From Dimargaris cristalligena (lineage: Eukaryota), in NCBI GenBank assembly GCA_003614675.1, contig ML002249.1:1-58993 (forward strand): a DNA stretch of 58,993 nucleotides, given 5' to 3'. Both the position numbers and the translations under genes were made by a program. Below are positions 25,801 through 37,769 of the stretch, in pieces (the stretch's first letter is position 1; each line of letters starts with the position of its first letter). The notes under the pieces were generated by a model. That model worked only from the letters and a program-made list of their open reading frames with translations. It did not search any database and was not told where the DNA came from.

Positions 25801-26094
25801 GGTCGGTAGCGAGTGAGAGAGGAGCGCCAGGTGGGGTGGGCCTGCAGCGGGAGGTCGAAAGGCGGGCACCGAGCGCCGGCAGTCCGATAAGCGCCGGGTC
25901 AGTTCTTGGGAGCCGGCGCCTAGCGGGAGTGACTTGGGCACGGTGAAGGTCTGCTGTGGCGGCGGTGGTGGTGGTAGAGGGTGGGCAGGCGGAGACTGTG
26001 GAGGAGGGGCAGTCCGTAAGTGACGGTTAGAAACGGCCAGGTCTTTCTCGACGAGCAGGAACTCGTCGGAGTCGTGGTCCATGTCGGGGTCCAT
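22810..26094 (-). CDS. Uncharacterised ~1094-aa single-pass membrane protein (N-terminal acidic FxxV motif, degenerate septin-like segment, TM helix, filamin/Ig-like segment)
   Basis: Uninterrupted GC-rich ORF of >3.2 kb; likely start MDPDMD at 26094. Hydrophobic helix 'AIRLSVFLFAALWLIATVV'. Domain calls are by-eye motif similarity only. Confidence 0.8.
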   Translation of the reverse strand: MDPDMDHDSDEFLLVEKDLAVSNRHLRTAPPPQSPPAHPLPPPPPPQQTFTVPKSLPLGAGSQELTRRLSDCRRSVPAFRPPAAGPPHLALLSHSLPTNPSAVQASVESIRRELELRLTEIGLAVSVDHPTGSPASGDRLSSSPVELHPREGPYPFPVRSFPDSTATLTTTDDSDEDGGGGIRATSVLSTETIPLPESQLPRLCAMPTSSTAPSADPLAPSLRLLFVGDVPETAGQTALIVAKFRQMWGLATTATRYHIGGPSLTTNSPGTVAPPALDLREAVYALNSNNNGNGDNNNNNNNDDAGETGPFFLSPVWGGRGTGGASHEAPLALDSGPYVGVLNLVGSLDPPENAPSHYQSTFRTPKAQSLLELCHRQTMLYHRMGYTRLPEGPDAGTFSGSEGYPKVTLRRAVSSPAATRGGGPLRPILNLVVYFLSEDRIDRDILEIQTLAAYLPVLPLLQPAALRANGSPLRSATTSRDSLCHEFATAFLFNSLGQALVHLEQEHHQSGEVRGDESGSVLALSRSQSQYHSLSPLPGSTTDLLELDPPQLYRTLLTNVDRLVRQGLPGVYTGSVPATPSIAKTLSAHGLVSPFDEDSGSDSASSSSPSRLLTWVSTAIRLSVFLFAALWLIATVVPGDDVGLASHLNELGLSPLESRLDHLGCQLGPDDTLVCHYNLLLRNDRGQSRLFGTKPSMVPVGQRCAALLNGTVQSHLGLTGQSAKIDTESKVHTSPAVPMRLSRRWTELVDQPWNPLPQSPAVVTASQSQAAFGCQLTLEAVVPASAGVITPDCFPVMSVWFSGNPIPVQGSPWAFTPSLIHTYRVAAHRDSGAGGGASIPLPRATDAGVETDSAGADRESSATQAEKVEMEEEVHSREADDAEEAHVRAAQFFGRIYSHLVAHEADRLFNPTETLSTSPAPLAKETLIDEPSEERPHTASLSVGPLGLGLRPAAETPWESARQTVTEWTQQVHMLAYYWYNYTRSVLGHYSAPGTPIGQLVDYADQARAQIRQTLGPVLLPMAEEFDRTYRGVRDYMVQVADRRYRTFHTKSRRLIAHAKMVRYRVAIHSLLTKQWIRSQWERMAKFLDTRATV

Positions 26095-27960
26095 GGCGGA
26101 GTTGGGGTTGTAGAAGGGCAGTGGTGGGTGAGTATGGGCGGAGTCAATAAGGAGAGGGGCTGTGAATAAATGTATAATAAAACTGGTCGAGGGAATGGAG
26201 TTGAAGAGGGAAGCGAAAAGGTATTGACGGAAGGAAGAGGCAATAAAAGTAAAGTGGGAGAAAGGCAAGACTGGCAAGGAAGCCGGTTGACTATGATAAG
26301 AAGGCTGGTCAGAAGTCTGGTCAGAGAGTGAGAGAGACGAAAGCCGTGGTAATAATAGTCATCGCTGGTGATTTAGCATGGTGGGAATCAGAAGTGAGCC
26401 GCCCAATAAACTTAGACTTGGGCCGCAACTTAAAGATCCCCCGCGACCCTGAACATCTTTCCCCCCTGGTCTCTCGGCTGACCACCCCCCCCCACACACA
26501 CACACATCCATATACACACACCCCACGCACACCCTCTCTTTCGCCGAAGTGTAGATTTGCTTAATTTCTACTTAGAAAGACCCCCTAAGCGCACTTCCAG
26601 GCAGTGGACAATAGCGCTTCCAAAACTTACGAAGCGAAAGCGTTGATTTTCACTTATTCCCGTCAGCCCAAACAACATAAACCAGGCATACCGATACAGC
26701 AAGCGGGATCGGCTAAGCCATACACAACAGTGCTAGCAATCCCCCCGAGTACCTGCCCTCAAAGTCAATCTCACCCTCCGCAGCGAACTTCGCAGTCGGG
26801 GATTTCATCATGCAATGGGTCTGGGATAAGCAGTACTACCATGGGGGGAAGGATAAAAGAGAGTGAATGGTAGAAAGAGATATATATATATATATATAAT
26901 ATCCATGGCCGATGCCCCCACCACCAGAGTTTCCCCAACTACTTCGCGTGGAAGGAACACCCACCCACCAAGCCAGTCAATGTTTCTGGAGGACCACAAT
27001 TGGCTGGTCCGGGTGGGAGATCCCGAACGAGGTGATGAGAAGTAGGAGGGTCACGTTTGAGACCATCTGACCAAAAGACGCTGCAGAGTGGGCCGCCCGG
27101 TCCCGGCAAGGGCACCTGCGTAGCAATAGATTACTATCCCCCTCTTCTGATTCTTATGATTCAGTAGGCCCTGTTGCTGGAATGCCTCCCCCACAATCAC
27201 TCACACTGATTGTATTCCCCGGATGGATACTGGCTGGTCGTAATCAAAGCCAGCCATACCCCATATAAATACCATACATTCAGCAGTATTCCTTGAAGGG
27301 GGGTCTTATACTCCGATGGATCGTAACCCCCTCCCTTCAGACCACCAGAGCGTCCTCCCAATTACATAGATTTGGCCACTGCGTATTCAATGAGCCAATT
27401 CCAAAACCATGCAAATTTAGGAGGGTTGGCCCAAATGAGTGTGGCATCCAAGCCACCGATGCACACCTGCCCCTCTTCCTTTTAATTGATTCCTGTGATA
27501 ATAATACTATATAAAAAAACAGCCAGCAACGACAAATGACTCCGCCGTAAACCAGAGGTTATACAAAGCGTAACCTGCTAATGATAAGATGAATAAATAA
27601 TTAGACGAAGGCAAACCTACCAATTGAAAGGAAATCTCAGAATACCCTCCCCCACCTCACAATATCCGGCTACTTATTGGTCATCGACTATGACCAACCA
27701 ACCATCCCGGCTACAAACTGGATAACGTCTTTTGTTTAGCTGGTATGAGGCTGCTTATATTGCCATTCCTATGGGTGATGCCACGTATTCTGAAATAGGG
27801 GGGCCACATACATAGATGGTGATCATCTATTTACACGACTACCACCGACACATCCATAGTTCTCCCAAATCCCAACCTGACCCGGTTTCGAAAATAAAGG
27901 TGATAGAAAACGGTAAAGTGCGTTACCCTTAGTCGGATAACTCAATTTATATTCCCTAAT

Positions 27961-28766
27961 TTATTTAGCACTGGCCAAAAGACGCTTAGCCGTTTCCGCC
28001 AGCTGAGCCTTAGGAGCCCGGGCGGGATCCAAAGTCAGGGACTTGATCACCCGACCTAGGTCCCTAATCGATTTAGCCTCGGTGGCCGTGATGGCCGCCT
28101 GGACATGGGCGTCGATTTCCGCCGGGGTATACGGCTCCGGTAAGAAGCTCTGCAAGATGGCCAATTCCTTCGCCTCCTGCTCCGCCAGATCCGATCGCCC
28201 GGCCCCCTGGTACAGGGCTACGGCATCCCGACGTTTCTTTTGGGCACTCTGAACGATACTGACCACGCTGGGATCCTGCTGGGCTTCAATCTTACTCTCC
28301 TCGGCGGATCTACCTTTCATGATCAGGGCCTTTTCGTGGTACGTGACGGCCGAAAGAACCGAACGGATTACGCCGAGACGAACCTGGTCTTTACTGCGCA
28401 TACTGGCCTTGAGGTCCTGCTTCAATTGGCTAAACATGGTAGCTGATATGGTGGTGGGGGTGCAGAGGGGTGGCGGATAGTAACCAAGTTCCCGGAAGTC
28501 TCAATTTCGGGTTAGTGTGCTGATAAGAGGAGTAGTGGGTTAATCTATGGAGAGGTCACACCGGGAATACTCGCCCTATTCCCGGGGGTGGTTGGAAATT
28601 GGACACGGGTGATGGTGTCGGATTTTGATGACGGATACTTACAGTCAGTGGCCGCGGAGGAGGAGTAGAAGCGGGTCCAGCCAAGCGCGGTCCTAACCAG
28701 CGGCGCCGGGCGTAAAAAAGAAGTACGCGAGGCGGCCAGGGAAAGGGATCGGGTCAAGGGAGTCAT
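27961..28766 (-). CDS. AIM41: Mitochondrial YqeY/GatB-domain protein (Aim41-like); exons 28766-28643, 28442-27961
   Basis: Arg/Ser/Leu-rich presequence ending 'TRFYSS', then the YqeY pattern 'LKQDLKASMRSKDQVRLGVIRSV...KKRRDAVALYQGAGRSDLAEQEAKELAILQSFLP...DLGRVIK'. Phase-1 GT-AG intron. Confidence 0.9.
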
Positions 28767-31700
28767 TTTGTGGCCGGGTGGAGGGGGGGCTATCAACGTA
28801 ACTGGGCACAGTATAAGGCTAAGTGGGGACTATCGACTGAGAAGCGGTGACCAAATGATTTGTCGGAATCGGAGATTCGGCAGTGCGCGGAACCGGGGTG
28901 AGCAAAATAGCAAGGCTTTAACAGTGTAATAAAGGTGGCAGATTAGAAAGACCAGCAGAATAAACTAAGGGGCGTACCATTTGCTCTTGGAGACAATGCG
29001 AAGATCACAGGAATCGAATGAGCTCGCGATTTAGCTGGTAATTGGGTGGCTTTACTGGTACACTAAGCAATGCGGGTGCCCCCCTCCCCCCATTGGAATG
29101 CACCTCAATAGATGTTGATCATTGCAACTGAGCCAGCTCCACTTCAAAAGCCTAAAGGGTGACTGATCTCTTTCCGTCCCTCACACAACTGTCCGACAGC
29201 CCAGCAATACTCCAAGCGGCAGGTCGTTTTGAAAAGGAAATAGGCCAAAACTCGGTGATCACCAAATTGTGCTGTCCGCGACCGATTTCCTCTTGACACA
29301 ACCTACCAAAGGGAAGTTGAAGAACCTAATTTCAACAATGGCACATACGAGAGAAATTCGGCTATGTTGTATTGTATTTAAAAGTGAATCCAACTAGACA
29401 ACTTGGAAGAATCCATCCATAATCGATATCATCCAGTCCAGTAAATGGGATGTGGGGTCATTCGACTGAGCCAAGTTTCTCTAATGTACGCACACTTTCA
29501 CGAATCATGCCAATTCCAATACACCAACCAACATTGGTACATTTCTACTTATTTGATAGCATGTTATCTATATGGGACATTGACTCTTACAGTGATCAAT
29601 TGTTTTTAGCAGCGAGAAACAAGTCCTCTCAACCACCTCATTATATTCCTACCCATTACTCGAGTAGTCTAGAGTGCCTCGCGCTATCAGCCACCATCGA
29701 CCTTCACCGCTTTTGGCCGACGGACACGGACGAAGGTAGCACACACTTTACTCCATCCGTGCATTAGATAAGAGTGGTAACCCACCGTTGGGCTAGACCA
29801 TTGCGCTTGTTCTAAACGTGCATACCAGTATTGGATAATAGATGCCGCGTAGATTAGCGAACGGCAGAGAGGAAAGGGCCTCATTGCTTCGCCAAGCGAT
29901 AAAGATCTCAAGGCCTGGAGATGCTCATCCGATTGATCACAGACTGCCCAAACGGGACTAATGGCTTTTTCATGCCAGTGGCGGACAGCCTAGTTATAGA
30001 GGAAAGAAGGGTGAGAGTGTGGGGTTTCTACTGGTGGTATCGCCCAGGTGACCTAACCGCCTTTAGCTACTTTGGCACATATGCCAACCCTCTTCATCCG
30101 CCGTTTCCTAAAACGGGAATCGGATGTAGAAATGAAGCGACAGCCTAGGTCAGAAACGGTACGGGACCAACGAAATTGATGGTACGACCGTTAAATTCTG
30201 GCACACTGTTCTCCCTAGGTTATGATGGATACATGCTTGAAATCATGCCGGCAGTCATAGTGGTGTTTACTTTACCCTAAGATCAATAAGCGATTCTCGC
30301 TGGGTAATCATGCTGGTTTGACTGACCCAAGGGTAAACGTTGCACCGGTGCTGCCCCAAGAAGCTCGGCGGCGGTCTCCCCTACCTCCCTACTGTCATAC
30401 AGGAGATTTGTCACCCAATTGTTTTAGGAGAAATGCCTGAGTAGAGTACTGAATGCGATTTGAATGAAAAACCAGGGTAAGTATGTGACTGGCTTGTCCA
30501 GAGTTTTTTTAAGGTATAGCGCAACACCCATATATTAACCCTTGCTAACTGATGCGGATCGGAGTATGTGAGTATTAGATATGCAGTTCGGCTGGTGGCT
30601 AGTATAGTGCGCTAGGTATATTCAGAGACGCCCTAAGTACAATTACGCCATCACTGGACCCCATCGACTAACGCTTAATCTTTGGGACCTCCCCCCAGCA
30701 CTTCTCACCCAATGTGTAACCTCCTTTTTTCCCCGCTGTAATCGGCGAGTAAATGTACCACACCCTCCCCATTAGGAAGAAGGAAAAGTGATAGCGTAAT
30801 GGACAGTGCCACACAGTGAAATTCCTGGGGCCCAAGTGACCAAATTCTAATCTGCTTAAGAATCGCCATAGCCAAACTCAATTTCGCTTTGGGGTGGTGC
30901 CCCTGGCGACTTGACCAAGAAAGTCCGCCGTCTGAAATGGGCATTTACCGGTTTTTTATGTACTGAGACCTAGGGGAGAAGTGCGAGAGGATAGGGGAGG
31001 GGGTGGAAGAGTGAATTCAGCTTGCCCACCTGAATCAATCCGACTACCCCTCTGCTACCCTCGAGCCTTATTTTCGAATGATGAGTGAGTATTTTGAGGG
31101 CTTGGTGCAACGTATCGATATAGTGTGCTCTGGTTAGGGTCCAATGGGAGACCATACCAACTTTCAACATTACCCTCCTTCATAAGAAACGCCGTTGAAG
31201 ACCTACTAATAGATGTACCTGGTTACTGTGATTCCAGTTGTAGTATGAACCCTGGATAGGGAAACACACAAATCGTAAAACTCAGGGTTTAAACGAGCCG
31301 GAGCTTCAATGCCTCTTATTGACCTTGAAGCCACACCTGGGACCGCTGCAGGTGGGGGGGATTTACCACCCTAGACAAACGGTAGGGTTGCGTTGCGTTG
31401 CATCGCATTCCCAGATAACTGGCGATTTTTCAAAGTTCCGGATTCTACATGTCGATGAAGATACTTGGTGCTTAAATGGTGGCGCATGGGTAAATTCGAT
31501 GCACAGCTCTCGCTCGAGCCCTCTATACCTTTCCCCACCATGCGGTTGGGTCCTCAACCAATTATTGGGTTGGTACGGGAAATTCCCCTACCCCAAAAGT
31601 ATGGTGTAACCCCCCTCTGCTGGACTTCCTTATGCCATACCTTTCAGAATCTCCTTTTTCCCTTGGCGCACTCCCAAGGGTTGCGCTATTCTATCCATGG

Positions 31701-34601
31701 CTTCTCGCGTACATTCGGCTACTGCCATAGACTGTCTGCACTGAGGAGCATATAATATTCTCCTGCGGCAATGTGCACCCGCGATTATTCCGATGCTGCA
31801 TGGGTTGGTCCTCTCTATTCGGCCGTAAAATTCATTTAATTGACCAGGGCACTCGCTGAGGAATCACTAATTTCCAGGGAGGGACAGTATGTCCCCCACC
31901 TGTCCGTTTCGACCCGCTTTCGCAATGGCCAACGATCCGTAACCCTCTGCCTGGGGTACCAAACGATGGTAAGTGGGGCTGGATAGGGTTGCCGTGTAGC
32001 AGCTGGTCGCAGGTATCTTCCCTTCATTCCGAGCTCATCGTAGTCGTCGTCTTTTTTGCCATTTTTTCCCCGCCATACCTTTCCATCGGAAAGGGGGGAA
32101 AGGGTCAGATGGGCAGGGAGTTCTAACTATTCCTACAAGTAGCCCAATGCACTGAACTAGACCGTTACACCAGTCCCTCACGCCCCCTTCCAGACCTTGC
32201 TGGCGTTAATGACAGCTGGCCTGATTAGGCAACTGTAATAACTGCTGTTCAATCTTGGGGAGGGAGAGGGGGTGTAACTCCCGACTGTGACTCCCCCCCG
32301 TTGGTCGGTTTCCAACCGCTACGACGTCAACGGAGCATTGATCGGGGGACCCCCGCTCTTCCTCCTTATTCTGGCCCTTCCGCTGGGACAACCTCCGGTG
32401 GTTCATCCTCCCTTCCCCCCCTTGAACATCCCTCTACCATATTGAGGCGTCAGCCTACTATCGTACAACCCCGTCACCATAATGTTTAAACGGGACACCT
32501 GGATTATGGCATTGACAAATAGAGGCCGCCTATACGTGTGACCCCCCAGACAGTGCGTCTTCCGTGCTATATTTACCCCACACTGTCGAATCTCTAGCAA
32601 CAATGGCAATGAAAAAAGGGGACGGAATGGAGCACAGGGAGCGAGTGCATTTGCTGAATGAGGAAGAGGGGGGGATGTATGAGCACCAAGACTGAGTCTA
32701 CGATCATAGTCACTACATATATTGAATGGAAAGTTGAAAGGCCAGGAGGACGAGGGATGAATGATGAGGGGGAACCGGGGTTTGTACAACCTTACCACGG
32801 CTACCGAGAGAACTGAATGACCACCACCTACTCACACCAGTCTATGTTTTTCTACCCAAACTATACGCCCTATTCGGAGGCATTAATGTGTGGCCGCCGT
32901 TTCATCCCCACATGTAATCGTCCATTGCCGCATACACTCCTCTCCGTCGCTAGCTGAACACGAAACTACGCCCATATATACAAATACATCTTATATATGC
33001 ATATATCCTATATATGCGTGCATTGGTTGATTGATTATTACTGGAAATACCGGATTCCATATACGCATGGTTTTTATATATAAAGGGACCCCCCAAGCCT
33101 AGCTAGGTTAGAAATAGTCTTATTATCCGTTCGCTGTATTTCTCATTGATCAAGTCTACGTACTAGGGATTTCGGTAACCTTTGACTGGGGTTTTACGCT
33201 ATTATTTTCCAGCCCCTTATTCAGTCTGTGGGCTATATATCTATATAAGTTTTTACTGTTGAATAGAGCGCCTGACCGCTCCCCCATTTAACAAGGTAAG
33301 ATTGATTAAAATCTGGCTGATCGGATTTGTGTGGCGGCTCCTCCCACTCGTTCCCTTGATTTTCCCCCGTTCAACCCAGCTACTTCCTTTCACATTGCCA
33401 CCGACTGATGGCAACCAAGGCTGCCGTCGGTTCACCATTTTCGGGGTGCAATTAAACCCCAAGGGCTTCCACCCCTTTTTCAGGCGTGGGCGGTAACCAG
33501 TACCCCTGCGGGAAAGGAAGTGGCGGGGATGGCATTCTCCCGGCTTTGGTATCGCTCCGTTGGATTGATCGAGCGGGGTTTTAGTAAAGGGGGGGGGGCT
33601 ATTCTGTCGTTCTTGGGGCCGCCTGGGGCGAGTTAGGACGCTAGCTCTTCTGGTATACCAGCCACCGTCGCCGCCAGGGGTGGATCCAAAAACCAAGTCA
33701 CCCATCCCTATCCGGTGTCGTGTCTGCCTCAGCCGGCTAGGGGCCCAACCCCTGGGGTTCTATCGTCCGACACCCCCGTTCCTTCGAATTGCTTCCATCT
33801 CCAAATGTGAATAGATGGGATGGTCCCGTAACGGAGTAACTAATATAGACGCGCATATATTTCTTTTGGGTTTGACCACACAACTATACCACTCTCCCCC
33901 TACTATAACCCATTTAAATAAGACGGTCTCTCCCAACTCGACAACCCTCTTGGCACCTCCCTCCCCTATCCTTCTATTTTCAGCCACAATAACAGCGGTA
34001 TCGTGATCCCCCTTATCCGCGTGCACACTTCCTCCTTAGCTTATTTTAAATTTATTCACCGATTATATACAGTACGTCTACTGCTATCGGACTTAGAGAG
34101 CGGCACCCTTTCCCCTCATTCGTAGTTCCCCAATTAGACATTTTCTGTTAACCGTTAATTATCCCTGTATTAGACATTTCTTTTGGCTATTATACTACCA
34201 ACTCCGCTCATTATTTCATCTTGTTACCGCACTCCCGATTCTGCTGCCCAAGCTGCTTTTGGTTTACATTTAAACCACAGACGCCGGACAATCCCATTTC
34301 ATTGCTCATCTACAACTCACTCCCTTTACCCTACTAGCGCATTAATCTGATGCGCTTAGGTAGTACTTGGTGTATATTACACGACCGGTTCAAAATTTCC
34401 TTCCAAGCCATACTGTATTTTTGACTACTTCTACCGGTTATTCATTTGCAACCCTTGCCAGCTGATATCCATCCACTCCCATTCAGCCCAGTTTCTATTC
34501 TACCCCCGGTCTCATTTTTTGGACGCTCTTTTTCTTAATCAACCACAAGCCCCTATCCCAAGGTTTATCCCACGGCTAATCCACCTAGATTATCCTTTGT
34601 C

Positions 34602-36581
34602 ATGGCCAAAGTGACCATCGGACTTTTAGCCCTCCTATTCAGCCCGGCCGCCTTGGCGGGAGCCGTCGCCAGCGTCCCAACCGCTCCTCTGACCACTGGG
34701 AACCCCACCACCCCCGGCTGTGACAATGGCATCTACTGCACCGGCCCTATCCTGAAGGCCGTTCAATTGTCGGGTATCTACAAGGACTCCAAGACCTTTG
34801 TCGACATGCCCACGAAACGACCCGAGTCCGACGTCAAGGCTGCGTTTGAAAAACTCAAGAACCCCAACGACCCCAAGGAGCTCCAACGCTTCCTCGACGA
34901 AAACTTCCACGAGCCCGGCAAGGAGCTCAAGAGCGTGCCCCTGCGGGACTACCACCCCCACGTGAGATTCCTGGACGGGGTGCAGAATTCGTGGCTACGT
35001 GGCTGGGGCCAGGTGCTCCACAACTTCTGGCCCCAGTTGACCCGGCAGGTGGACTTCAAGGCCATCTGTGAGGGCTGTGTGTCGTCCCTGATCGAGACCC
35101 CTTATCCGTTCGTTGTCCCTGGGGGCCGCTTCCGCGAGTACTACTATTGGGACTCGTACTTTACCATGGAGGGTCTTCTGGAGAGCGAGCTGTTCCAGAC
35201 CACCAAGGAGATGATCCTCAATTTCCTTCACATTGTGAAACAAAAGGGGTTCGTACCCAATGGGGCCCGGATTTACTACCTTAACCGATCCCAGCCGCCC
35301 CTGCTCACCCAGATGGTGCGACTGTACTTCGAGAAGACCTTGGATTACGAGTTCCTGCTGGAAGCCCTGCCAACGTTGCGTCAAGAGTACAGCTTCTGGG
35401 AAAAGGACCGCAGCGTCGAGGTGAAGCTGCCGGGCGGTGCCGGAAAAAAGGGCGAGGAGATCCATGTGCTTAGTCGCTACCATGTCGAAGTGGACCAGCC
35501 CCGCCCAGAAGCGTACAAGGAGGATATCAAGGTGGCCCAGGGGGCTTCCAAGACCGACGTTGCCATCCAGCACCAGATTTACTCGGATCTCGCCGCGGGA
35601 GCGGAATCGGGTCTTGACTATACCTCGCGCTGGACCCGGAGCAAGGACCTGCCGGAAGAGGACATTCTAACGACGCTGGAAACGGCAGAGATTGTCCCCG
35701 TGGAACTCAACAGCATCCTGTACCTCAATGAGCGCGACCTGACGGTACTTAACTTTAAGGCCTACCGCTACCTCACTAAACAAAACCAGCAGCAGCAGGG
35801 GCGGCGGGATAATGGGGCTACCTATAACAACAACAACCAGGGTACCGACCAACGACAGGCCCTGAACTTCCTCAAGGAGGCTCTGGCGTTCCGGGTAGCG
35901 GCGGACCGACGGTACCGGGCCATGCGGGCGGTTCTGTTTGAACCCAAGCTGAACAAGTTCAAGGACTGGAATCTGCGGACCGGCCAGCGAGTGACCGACT
36001 TCTCCCTAACCGATTTCTGGCCGCTGTGGGCCATGCCCGATATGCTGACGGAAAAGGAAATTATGTCCCAACATGCGGAAATTTCGAAACTTGAGCTGAA
36101 GTACAAGGGGGGGCTACCCACCACGCTGGACCACACGGGTCTGCAGTGGGATTTCCCCAACGTTTGGCCTCCGCTGCAATACATGGTCATCCGGGGCATC
36201 CAGCGCTCATACGACCGGCTGCGGGCCCTCTACGTCGACCGGCCCCTCAAAGGCCTGCCCGTGGCCCTCCAGCAATTCAAGGACACCGAACTGGATTTGG
36301 CGCAGAAGTACATCAACAATGCCTTTTGTGCGTGGTACGAAACGGGCGGTGAACTCCCGGGGCAGTTGGCCCGGAAAGCGAACGTGTCGACGAATGATAC
36401 GGGGAATATGTTTGAGAAGTTTAACGCCGAGATTTTGGGGCGGACCGGCCATGGCGGTGAGTACGACCCGCAGGTTGGTTTCGGATGGACCAACGGGGTG
36501 GCCATCTGGCTGCTGGGGGTTTACGGAACCAGTTTGCAAACCCCGCCCTGTTTGGTGGTATCTGTTGCCAATCGTCGTTAG
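34602..36581 (+). CDS. Secreted alpha,alpha-trehalase, glycoside hydrolase family 37 (single exon)
   Basis: Signal peptide 'MAKVTIGLLALLFSPAALAG'; motifs 'DSKTFVD', 'PGGRFREYYYWDSY', 'NGARIYYLNRSQPP', 'AESGLDYTSRW', 'QWDFPNVWPP', 'MFEKFN', 'GGEYDPQVGFGWTNG'. Confidence 0.95.
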   Translation: MAKVTIGLLALLFSPAALAGAVASVPTAPLTTGNPTTPGCDNGIYCTGPILKAVQLSGIYKDSKTFVDMPTKRPESDVKAAFEKLKNPNDPKELQRFLDENFHEPGKELKSVPLRDYHPHVRFLDGVQNSWLRGWGQVLHNFWPQLTRQVDFKAICEGCVSSLIETPYPFVVPGGRFREYYYWDSYFTMEGLLESELFQTTKEMILNFLHIVKQKGFVPNGARIYYLNRSQPPLLTQMVRLYFEKTLDYEFLLEALPTLRQEYSFWEKDRSVEVKLPGGAGKKGEEIHVLSRYHVEVDQPRPEAYKEDIKVAQGASKTDVAIQHQIYSDLAAGAESGLDYTSRWTRSKDLPEEDILTTLETAEIVPVELNSILYLNERDLTVLNFKAYRYLTKQNQQQQGRRDNGATYNNNNQGTDQRQALNFLKEALAFRVAADRRYRAMRAVLFEPKLNKFKDWNLRTGQRVTDFSLTDFWPLWAMPDMLTEKEIMSQHAEISKLELKYKGGLPTTLDHTGLQWDFPNVWPPLQYMVIRGIQRSYDRLRALYVDRPLKGLPVALQQFKDTELDLAQKYINNAFCAWYETGGELPGQLARKANVSTNDTGNMFEKFNAEILGRTGHGGEYDPQVGFGWTNGVAIWLLGVYGTSLQTPPCLVVSVANRR

Positions 36582-37769
36582 ATGAGTTGGACTTGCCGTT
36601 TCCCACCATTAGCGATTGCGTGTTTTTGTTTTATTGTTGGGTGCCTTTAGCCAAATTGCCAGGTTTATTCTGATAAACTGGAAAGACCGGGGCATTGGTG
36701 GGGGGGGTAAACGTGTGTAATAGTGTTTGGTCAATTAGACCAACTTTTTTATATTAAACTAGAGTATTATCAGTGTCGAGTGGCTTGTGAATGAGGGAGA
36801 GTGGGAGGGTAATTTTGGCATTCCCGCGCCGCTTTTCCCTGGTGCGGAAGGGTAAATTGGAGGGCATTTGGGAGTGGGCGAAGGCGAAGGGGTTTTTTGC
36901 AGGTGTTCAACAATCGATGTGGCACCGATACATATCCCCAAGACATGTGTGGAGTGGTGGTTGGCGGAAATACGAATGAATGAAGGAAAATTCCCGGCTG
37001 GCGTCATTGGGTGTTTATCGGCAAGGGTTCTGTGCAGGTTTAACGTATGGGGAGGTAATAGAGATGTCAGCCAGACGTCAGGGTGGACAAGCTGCTGTGT
37101 GGGTTTTGTTGGGGGAGAGAACCAACAGCGGTCCCGTGACCAGTGTAGAAGTGGTCCTGAAAGAGTGTCCCTCTCTCTATTGGCTGAGCTGGCCTTCCAA
37201 GGATTGTATAGTTACAACACAGACAGACGGACGGAGGTTGCAGCCAATATCGCCCGCTGGTCTATGTCTATGTATATGTCTATGATTATAACATCCCATG
37301 GCCCGATATTTGCCATATACTGTAAGGTATTCTCCTCGCCTGATGTTCTTCTCTTTTGGGGGAGTAAGGGAAGGGCATTTCCCAGCAAGTGCAGTGCGGT
37401 GCAGCGAATGCGGAGGAGAGTGGAACAATAGGTCTAGCCAATCTACAGGACCCGCCAAGCCCTCTCTGTCTGTCTATTGTTACTTGGAAGGGGGGCTGGG
37501 TATGTGTGATATAGGCCGAGGGGTCTTGGCAAATTGAGCTCACCACTATGGCCGTGACTATGACGTTGACCCACCCTGGTCCGATATTCCCTTGATCTGC
37601 GCATTCATTCACACAAGCCAAGGTTATATAAGCAGACAACCTCCCCCGCCCCCAGCGTCGCAGTATCTCATGGCTTCCCTGTTACTCTATCCACTTCGCT
37701 CTCCTTCCTCTGTATATCATTTCCCCTACTACTCAACTCTCTTCGCTTTACTAACCAACCTCTTCGATT

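Noticed and set aside
34336..34356. Small hairpin agcgcatta-atc-tgatgcgct upstream of the trehalase gene
   Set aside because: A 9-bp stem is compatible with chance; no supporting context.
34635..36539. Numerous antisense and alternate-frame ORFs overlapping GC-rich genes (also within SEC2, UFD4, PEF1, RPS7, OST3/6)
   Set aside because: Shadow ORFs caused by GC3 codon bias; no recognisable motifs.
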